Shown here: positions 10,442 to 19,800 of the stretch, in pieces | How the letters are laid out: the number at the start of each line of letters is the position of its first letter | How positions within the stretch are numbered: the stretch's first letter is position 1 | Virus record (IMG/VR): IMGVR_UViG_3300030060_004796 | Location: 1 to 64,000 of that record | Length of the DNA: 64,000 nucleotides | Reading direction: 5' to 3' (one strand) | Source: a virus | Position numbers and translations under genes: made by a program | The notes under the pieces: generated by a model | Seen by the model: the letters and a program-made list of their open reading frames with translations, nothing else | Told to the model about the DNA's origin: nothing | Database searches by the model: none

Positions 10442-11623
10442 ATGGAATCATTACTAGAAAAAATCAAAGCTTCCTTCAAGTGGAAGAAAACTTCTGATTA
10501 TTGTGCAGAAAAATTAAATATCACAATAGATGACTATGATAAACTAAAAGACTATGTGAAATCTCAAGAATTAATGGAAAATTCTTCAACTTCATATGAG
10601 TATAATTTAGAAAAAGGTGAAGCAAAAATGGAAACAATGAGTTCATCAGAACCAAAATCACCTGAAGAAATAATTGATGTTTTAAATATTGATACCACAA
10701 AGTGGAAATTATCTAGTTATTGGAATAAACAAATGGGTGATCACTGGAGAGTTTCAGCAATGGTAACAAGAATAAAAGATAATGAAATAGATAATGTTGC
10801 TGAGTTATTAAAAGGATTTAAGCCAAAAAAATATAAAGAAGTAAAAAGAATTAAAACTCCAGGTAGAACAAAAACAGCTGGAGTTTTGTCATTACAGGAT
10901 ATACATTTTGGTAAAGAAGGGAATGAAACTATTGATAAATGTTTTGAAGAAACAATTATTGATCTAGTTGAAAGAGCTACAAGTGCTCACCACCTAGAGA
11001 AAATATACTACGTGGTAGGAGGTGATTTAATCAACATGGATACATGGAGTGGTACTACCACTAGTGGAACACCTTTAGATAACTGTATGACTGCTACAGA
11101 GGCTTATATGCAAGCCTTTAATGCCATTCAATGGAGTATTAATTATATTAAACAGTTTTGTGATACTTTACAAGTAGTATATATACCAGGTAATCATGAT
11201 AGACTTTCTTCATTTCATTTAGCTCATGGGTTATCTAAATGCTTTGATAATCCAAGTATACTCTGGGATGTAGTTTATCTTGAGAGAAAAGTATTTACAT
11301 ATGGAGATAACTTCTTTGCATTTGAACATGGTGATGTAAATACTAAAAATTCACTTATGTTATACTCTATGGAATATCCGAGAGAATGGGGTAAGACATT
11401 ATTTAGAACATTATATACAGGACATTATCATCATAAGAAAAAAATAGAATATATAACTGCACATGAAAATACTGGGTTTATGCTTAAAATATTACCAAGT
11501 CTTTCAAGAACAGATTATTATCATTATCATAATAAATTTGTAGGATCAAGAAGATCTGGTGTCTTATCATTACATACTCCAGATAAAGGTGAGATTTGTG
11601 AACTGACATATTCACCTGAATAA
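10442..11623 (+). CDS. Calcineurin-like metallophosphoesterase with N-terminal extension
   Basis: All five motifs are present: DIHFG, GGDLIN, PGNHD, FEHGD, GHYHH. Confidence 0.85.
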   Translation: MESLLEKIKASFKWKKTSDYCAEKLNITIDDYDKLKDYVKSQELMENSSTSYEYNLEKGEAKMETMSSSEPKSPEEIIDVLNIDTTKWKLSSYWNKQMGDHWRVSAMVTRIKDNEIDNVAELLKGFKPKKYKEVKRIKTPGRTKTAGVLSLQDIHFGKEGNETIDKCFEETIIDLVERATSAHHLEKIYYVVGGDLINMDTWSGTTTSGTPLDNCMTATEAYMQAFNAIQWSINYIKQFCDTLQVVYIPGNHDRLSSFHLAHGLSKCFDNPSILWDVVYLERKVFTYGDNFFAFEHGDVNTKNSLMLYSMEYPREWGKTLFRTLYTGHYHHKKKIEYITAHENTGFMLKILPSLSRTDYYHYHNKFVGSRRSGVLSLHTPDKGEICELTYSPE

Positions 11624-11624
11624 A

Positions 11625-11660
11625 CTTGAATAAATCACCTTTTTTTTGTAAATTATAATG
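11625..11660 (+). promoter_or_regulatory. Putative late promoter CTTG-N20-TAAATTATAATG
   Basis: Matches the copy at 6006-6041; overlaps the annotated ATG at 11658, so the real start may be 11673. Confidence 0.55.
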
Positions 11661-12194
11661 TATGGTAATATTATGATAAGTAATTTTAAAAAACCTAATT
11701 TAAATGCTCCAAGATATAGAGAAAAAGTCTTGGGGTTATTAAATGCGGATTTAATTAATGAATTTAAAGAAAAAAACCCAATATACTCTCAGATAGATAA
11801 CACTAAATTTAAAAAAATAATAAACTTATTTAATGAGAGAATATGGAAAGAAGTTATAGAAAATAGAGATGGTGTAGAACTCCCTGATTCTTTAGGATAT
11901 ATATTTATAGGTACATGTCCTGCAGCAAAGAGTGTCAATACAGATTATGCATTATCTAGAAAATATGGAAAGGTCTTACAGAATAAAAACTGGGAGACTG
12001 ATGGTAAAGTAGCAAAAATATTTTATACAAATTATTCTACTAAATACCGTTTTAAAAATAGAGAGCTCTGGCAGTTTACTGCTGTAAGACAATTTAAAAG
12101 AGCTGTTGCTAAGTCATATCCTAAAAAGTGGACTAAGTATATTAGAATGGAAAATAAGAAAAGAGTAGCTGATATGTATAAGAAAAATAAATAG
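11658..12194 (+). CDS. IHF/HU-like DNA-binding protein (crAss-like tail-module IHF); start may be 11673
   Basis: 'IINLFNERIWKEVIENRDGVELPDSLGYIFIG' resembles the HU/IHF helix-beta motif; the protein is basic; IHF-like genes precede ring/muzzle genes in crAss-like phages. Confidence 0.6.
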   Translation: MYGNIMISNFKKPNLNAPRYREKVLGLLNADLINEFKEKNPIYSQIDNTKFKKIINLFNERIWKEVIENRDGVELPDSLGYIFIGTCPAAKSVNTDYALSRKYGKVLQNKNWETDGKVAKIFYTNYSTKYRFKNRELWQFTAVRQFKRAVAKSYPKKWTKYIRMENKKRVADMYKKNK

Positions 12195-12199
12195 AAAAT

Positions 12200-12871
12200 A
12201 TGACAACAATAGGAGAAGCAGTCTCAAGAGTGAGACAATCTATAAAAGCTGAGGTACAAGATTCCTTTGTTACAGACAGATATATCTATAGCCTTATACT
12301 AAAAAATGCTCAGTTATTAATGAGAAGACAAGACAATGCTAATAAGCTAATGAAGTTTAATGGTGTTTGGCAAGCTTTACCTTTTGTTGAATTAATTGAA
12401 GTAGATAAAGTAGAAGCTAAGTGTGCTGGTATACAAAGTGGTTGTACAATTAAAAGAACTAAAGAAAAACTTCCAGTTTTTATGGAAGGTTATTGGGGGC
12501 CACTTATCCGTACAGTAAGCTCTATAGATACTTCTATTGAAGTACAACCAACAAATCCTGGTACATATACTTCAATGACTAAAACCACATCTCATAAATA
12601 TAATAAAACAAAATATTACTGGTGGTTAAATGATTATATCTACATTCCAAATGTAGAATGGGATGCAATTAAAATAGAAGGTGTTTTTGAAGGAGATATT
12701 TCTAAATGGAATTGTGATGTAGATGATGATTGTACACCTAGATATTTACAGCAAATGTATATTCCAGAATTCTTATTTGCTGAAATTGAAACTCAAGTAA
12801 TGAATCAACTTATGAATACTATGAAAGTTCCTACAGAAGATTCTGATAATAAATTAAATATTAATAGATAA
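12200..12871 (+). CDS. Tail ring / tubular protein
   Basis: 223 aa; 'IGEAVSRVRQSIK...FVTDRYIY' N-terminus; C-terminal 'SDNKLN'; translationally coupled to the next gene (TAATG). Confidence 0.6.
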   Translation: MTTIGEAVSRVRQSIKAEVQDSFVTDRYIYSLILKNAQLLMRRQDNANKLMKFNGVWQALPFVELIEVDKVEAKCAGIQSGCTIKRTKEKLPVFMEGYWGPLIRTVSSIDTSIEVQPTNPGTYTSMTKTTSHKYNKTKYYWWLNDYIYIPNVEWDAIKIEGVFEGDISKWNCDVDDDCTPRYLQQMYIPEFLFAEIETQVMNQLMNTMKVPTEDSDNKLNINR

Positions 12872-13791
12872 TGGCTGTCTCACATAAATATAGAACGTTT
12901 GATCAATTACTTGAAGATGTATCAGTTGATTTTTCAACTCAAGCATTAGAAGGTATGATTGAACCTCAGCAATTAATTAAAGTTGCTACAAGGGTAAATT
13001 ATGATTTAGGTCTTAGAATCAATAGAACAAAAGAAGCTGTTATAGATATTGAACATAGTAAGGGTCAATTACCAGAAGATTTTTATACATTGAATTATGC
13101 ATTTTGTTGTGGGTCATATACGGTTAGTAATACACCTCCAGCAGGGACAACAGTAGATACAACATATACAAAGTATGTTCCAGATCCAGGAGATCCAAAG
13201 CAATGTTTAGATCCTGAAGATTGTAAAGATGTATGTGTAGTTAAAACATGTCCAACTACAACTACAGATGGAAGAACTACAACTACAACTTATGATGAAT
13301 ATATGGTTGTACAATTTGTAGGTGCAGAACAATATAGAACTTATTCAAACTATATGCCTTTAAGAATAAGTACATCTAACAAAGTATTATGTGATTGTCC
13401 AAATGTTAATGTTCAAGCAATGAATATTGCAGAGATAAGAGATAATTATTTAATTACAAATTTTAAAACAGGCAATGTATATATAAGCTATCAAGGATCA
13501 ATGGAAGATAATGAAGGAAATCTTTTAGTCTTAGATCATCCATATTGTAATGAATATTATGAATATGCTTTAAAAGAGAGAATTTTAGAAAATATGATAT
13601 TTGCTGGAGAAAATGTATCTCAACAATTATCTTTTATTCAAGGTAAATTAAGAGCTGCAAGAAATAACGCTCTAGGATTTGTTAATACTCCAGACTTTGA
13701 AGAAATGAGAAAAATATGGGAAGTAAATAGAAGAGCACAATATCATAATTACTATAATATGTTTAAAAGTCATCCAACATTAGGTGGATAA
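12871..13791 (+). CDS. Tail ring / tubular protein (P22 gp4-like adaptor family)
   Basis: 306 aa; 'VYISYQGSMEDNEGNLLVLDHPY...EYALK' is typical of crAss-like ring proteins; lies immediately before the muzzle. Confidence 0.6.
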   Translation: MAVSHKYRTFDQLLEDVSVDFSTQALEGMIEPQQLIKVATRVNYDLGLRINRTKEAVIDIEHSKGQLPEDFYTLNYAFCCGSYTVSNTPPAGTTVDTTYTKYVPDPGDPKQCLDPEDCKDVCVVKTCPTTTTDGRTTTTTYDEYMVVQFVGAEQYRTYSNYMPLRISTSNKVLCDCPNVNVQAMNIAEIRDNYLITNFKTGNVYISYQGSMEDNEGNLLVLDHPYCNEYYEYALKERILENMIFAGENVSQQLSFIQGKLRAARNNALGFVNTPDFEEMRKIWEVNRRAQYHNYYNMFKSHPTLGG

Positions 13792-13804
13792 AAAATAGTT
13801 TAAA

Positions 13805-16800
13805 ATGGCTGAGAAGCAAAACACACCAAAATTACAGAATACTTCTGATATAGATACTGACGTATTTGTAAAAGGAATGACTAAAGATCCTGATTCTAGT
13901 ATGATTACTAAGGAGCAATGGACTCATGCACGTAATGCTATTAATAATTCTGTAGATGGTGATCTTGGAACGCTAGGTAATGAACCTGCAAATAAACAAT
14001 GTTCATCAGCTCCTTTTACTATTATTGGAGCTATTCATTTATATGGAGACAAATGGGTTTTATTCTCAACAAATAATCAACAAAGTGAAATAGGAACATG
14101 GGATGACAGTGAATGTAAGTATGAAAGAATAGTAAATGATTTTAGTTGCTATCAATGTTTAGAGCAACTTGGAGGAATAGAAGAAACTCCATGTTTAAAT
14201 TTTAATACTCAACATTTAATTACAGGAGCATCAAAAGAAAACTTTGATTGTTCATGGCAAGTTTATTGGGATGACGGTGTAAATCCATCAAGAACTTTAA
14301 ATTTAGATAATATACCATGGAAGCAAAATGTAATATCTGATGAAGGTGCTGATTGTGTAATATATGAAGATGCTATTCCTTTATGTCTTGATTGTGAAAA
14401 AATAAGACTTGCACCACTAATTGATATTCCATGTATTGAATTATCTAAATCTGTAGATGGAGGTCAATTAAGAAATGGATCATATCAAGTATATATAGCA
14501 TATGTAATTAATGATCAGAAAATAGGTGATTATTATGGTATTTCAAATATACAACCTTTATTTGCACATGAAGATATGTTATCTGGTTTAGAAATAAAAA
14601 TTTCTAATTTGGATAAAGAATTTGAGTATTATGAATTAGTTATAGCTAGAAATACTCAAGGTGAACAAACAGCAAAGCAAATAGGTTTTTATAGTACTGA
14701 ACAAACTAATATAAGTATTGACTATATAAATGAAAAACTTCCTTCTAAACCATTAGGTACATTACCACTAACAACACCAGCTTATGAAAGATCTGATAAG
14801 ATGTATGTTGTAAATGATTATCTTATAAGACAAGGACCTACAGAACAATTTGATTTTAACTATCAACCTTTAGCAAATAATATTCACGTACATTATACAG
14901 TTACTGAATTTCCAGATGACTATTATGCCAAAGGTGGTAATAAACCTACATTCATGCGTGATGAGGTTTATTCATTTTTTATAAGATTTGTCTATAATAC
15001 TGGTGAAAAATCTGCATCTTATCACATACCTGGAAGAGCTCCTTATAATTGGCCTGGTATTACTGATCCTGCAGGTAACAATCCTAATGTATTAGATCCA
15101 TGGCCGGGAAATAATGATTTAGGAACAGCATTATGGAATCAAAATGGTGGTCTTGGTACAGCTGATGTAGACAGATTATTTGAAGTACACAATACTGCAG
15201 ATGATGGATGGAATCCAGCTGGTATAGCTTCAAATACTTTAGAATTACAAACAGATGATGGAGGAAGAGTTATACGTGAAGGACATATGGCATACTGGGA
15301 ATCTACAGAAAGATACCCTCAAGATCCTGTAAGATGGGGTGATTTATGTGGTCAACCTATTAGACATCATAAAATGCCTGATGAAACAACAGCATATGTA
15401 GGAATGTTTGAAGATCCAACAGGAGCAACTGTTGTAAATCCAAATAACTTTTTAGATAGAACTGGACAAAACAATGCAACAATAAATGTATTAGGAGTTA
15501 GATTTACAAATATTGCATGGCCAAGATTTAATGCATCATCAGATGAATTATGTGGCCCAGATAACGGAGCACCAACAGGACCAAGAATCCCAAATATAGT
15601 TGGATACGAAATATTAGTGGGATCAAGAGAAGGTAATAAATCTATTATAGCAAAAGGTATTACAAGAAATATGAGAAGATATAATCTTCCTAATACTTCA
15701 ACAGGTCATGAAATAGGCACAGGAAATCTAACAGGATATATGGCAAACTATCCATTTAATGATTGTAATGCAGATCCTTATCTATCCGCTGGTAATGATT
15801 GGACATATACAAGAAATGGTGGTATAGTTAATCCAGGAGGAAATTACACTGCAGGTGATACTGCAACAAATATTTTTACATTTCATTCACCAGATACATC
15901 ATTTAATAAACCTTTTTTATCTCCGTATGAATTAAAATCATATGGTATATGTACAGGTACACAAGTTGGTAATTTTGTAAAATCCGAAAAACATCCTCAA
16001 CATAAATTACTTAGAAATATTTCTATGTGGATTGCTATAATTGTAGGTGCAGGTTATGCAATTGGAGAGATGCGTGGTAAGAAAAATAAAAAAATGATAC
16101 CACCAAAAGCATTAAATGTAGGTTTGGTTGGTTTTGGAGAACAGCACGGTGGTAATAGAACTACAATTGTTAATACACCAAGTACATCATTTGCTAATGG
16201 ATGGACAGCTATTGCCACTACAACTAGCGCATCATTTAATGAAAATACAACAGCAAGAAGTGGAGGTAGACAAGGATCAGCTGCTCCGTATGATGATGGT
16301 AGTAATGTTGTAGGTGGAGTAGTAACTGGAGCAGGAACTTCAACAGCTCCAACGTGGGCTCCTATTGGTTCTTTAGGTAGACTTGATACAGATGGTGATC
16401 AATTTATGATGGCTAACTATAATACTAATTTAGCTAATCCTCTTACTGGTATAAACTCTGGAGCTGGTGGACAAGGTGTTTTATTAAGTACAGCAACTGT
16501 TGCCGGAGCACCAAAACTATTTCATTCAGGTTCAAGGGCTCTTGGTATGAATATTGGATATGAACCAAATGTAAGAAATAACATGAGAAACTGGGGTCCT
16601 AATAGAGGTTATATTGGGGCAGGTGAAGAATGGACTTATGAAGGAACTAGATTTGAAAGCATGCCTTCATTAACTCAAATTTTATTTGGTGCATATCAAT
16701 TTATGATGTTCACTGCAGAAGGTGGTCAAGTTATAATAGACCTTATATATAATTTAGTATCATATCAAGATTATGCTTGGAAATATAATAGTCAAGGTTT

Positions 16801-19800
16801 GTATTGGTCTACACAACAAAGAAGTGCGGGAGGTGTATTTAGACAACTAGTTAATAAAGGAAGATATGTTGGTTCGTCCATGCAAAATCTTACAGCTAAT
16901 ATTAGAATTAATAATGTTCAAAGACCAAAAACAGTTGTTATAAATACAGTAACAAATGGAGCAGATTTTGATCCTATAGGAACTTTTGATCAATCTAGAT
17001 TTTGTATTGGTCCTACTTCTACAGGAGGTATTTTAGGTGCATGGTTTAATCCAGGTGCAGAAGTAAACTCTACTATTGGTGCACACTATTGCGCTTTAAA
17101 AACTAATTTTACAAATCAATATGGACAAATAGATCAAATTAAACAAATTCCTGTTGGATGTATAACATACTTTGCTGATCAAATTAAACCTGAAGATGAT
17201 CACAGTCCAAGAGATCTTGATGACATGCTATTTACCACAGACATTGTCTATGGAGGTGATTGTTATATAAATAGATATTCAGAAAAAGTTATAATGCCTT
17301 TCTTCTGGGATTTTCAAAAAGACATGCCAGATGGAATGCCTTATGATTATAAACTAAGAGCTAATGTACCACGTCCTGTATTTTGGATGGACACTAAGAA
17401 ATTTGAATTATCTCAATTAGTTAGAGACATTGTAAATTTTGGATGGTTAATTAGTCAAATTACTGGTGGTGGTGGTGGTGGTTTAAGTAACTCATTACCT
17501 TCAGGATTATTTGTATTAGATAGACCTACTGGTGATCTTGGTGGTGATGATGGTACTAACCAAACAACTGGTGCTGGTGGAATTGGTGCGCCTTCTGGTG
17601 GTGGACCAGGTGCTTTGGCTAATGCACCAAATATGGCTGTATCAGCAACACAAGATAATAATAGAAGATCAATTTTCCATGTTGTAAATGGATACATGTA
17701 TACTCATTGTAATGGAGTTAATGAATTTTATTGTGAATCTCCTATTAATACAGCATTTAGAGATTGGGAAGATGTAGATGAAAAAAGACATTATGATAGA
17801 TTAGAGTATACAGATGTAGATGCATTATTTCATGCAGATATTATTAAAAAAGATAACTACTATAAATATGATACTTCATTAAGTAAATCAAGATTTAATA
17901 CTCAACTTATATCATATGGATTTATACAAGCAAGAGATTATGATCCTTTAGTAGCTGAAGATTGTTACACACATTATCCTAAAAGATTGATGTACTCTCT
18001 TCAAGCTCAGTTAGAAGCTAAGAAAGATTTCTGGAGGGTATTCCTACCATACAACTATAAAGACTTTAAGAATAAGGTTAATGTCATCAAACCAGTTAGT
18101 AAGAGTGGTGCAATGATTTTATTCCCACACTTATCTCCAGTACTTTGGCAAGGTGTAGATCAACTAGAAACAGACTTAGGAACTAAGCTTACTATTGGTG
18201 ACGGAGGACTATTTAGTCAGCCTCCACAAGCTATTGTAAATGCAGATTTACCACATGAATATGGATCATGTGAAAGCGCAAGAAGTGTTGTTAATACACC
18301 GTCAGGTTTATTCTTTATTTCTCAAGCACAAGGTAAAATATTCCAGTACACTCAAGGTCTTACCAATATTGCAGATCAGGGAATGAAACAATGGTTTAAT
18401 AAATATTTACCATCAATTCTTTTAAAACAATTTCCAGAAATGGAACATTGTGATAGTTGGATAGACAATCCAGTTGCTGGAGTAGGATGTCAATCAGTAT
18501 ATGATCCTAATTATGATTTAGTATATTTTTCTAAAAAAGATTTTGAATGTACATTACCTGAATGTATAGATTATGTTCCTTGTGAAGGATTTGTATATAA
18601 TCATTCAAAATGTGAAAATGTAGAACCACAAGCATGTTGTCCTGAAGGAGATGATCCTTATAATCCTTATGTATTTGTTCCAGGCGGACCTACATGTCCA
18701 CCAGGATTTGCTGTTGTTAGTTGTTTAAATGGTAGTCCTTGCTGTACAGATTATAGTGGTAATCCTCCATTTCCTGCTACCATAACAGAACCAACATGTG
18801 AAAGAATAATAACATTACCTGCAGAAGAAGATCAATCAAGTGGTCAAGTTGATATTGTATTTGCGGTAGATAGTTCAAATTCAGTGGACGGTGCTATACC
18901 ACAAAATGTTGGTAATATGCAAAACTTTGTAAGAACAATGATTACGGAGTTAAACATAAATAATGGAATAACTAATGGAGATATAAGAGTTGGTTTAATT
19001 CATTTTGGTGGAGGTAGAGCTGTACGTTTTCCTTTATTTAACGGTCAGCAATCTTCTCTTCCAAATTCTGATGAAATGTTTGAATTTGCAAATCAAATTA
19101 CACTAACTAATAGTGTACCAACATTATTGAATTGGATTGGAAATCCAGGTGCCTGGAATGGTACTTTTCATCCAGCAGATTATAGATCTACATACGGTGC
19201 TGCAAGTAACTCTATTGCTAATGGTGGACCTAGTTATGACCTACCATATGGTACTGATATACTTGCTGGTATTTGGGGTGGACAAAATTTACTATATGGT
19301 CTTGGAGCTAGAGCATGCCCTAAAGTATTAATTACAATTTTTGATGGGCCAATGGGATATAAATGTGATGGAGGAGGTGTTGCTGGTGCAAACAATCCAT
19401 TAGCAGGATCAGCTGGAGCAGGTTTCTTCTACACCAATACACCGTACAGTGTTGGTGGTATTACAGGACCTGATACATTTAATGGAATGACAGTTCCAGA
19501 TCCAGCTCTTGTAGCAGCAGGTACACCAGCTATATCAACACCAGATATTAGATGGGATGATGCATCTTTAGGTGGAGGCTATGATCCTTGTTTTAATACT
19601 AATCAAGGTTTTGCTCAAACTGCAAATGCATATGATGCACAATGGTTTGAAACTAATGTTAGAGCAGCAGGTAACTATACTCAACAAGTTCCATTTATTC
19701 AAAAAAATTATTCTATTGTTGTTGATCCACAAGGTAGTGCTCCTACAGCTACTCATATAGCTTATTCAGAAAGATATGCTGGTGGTGGTGGATTATTACC

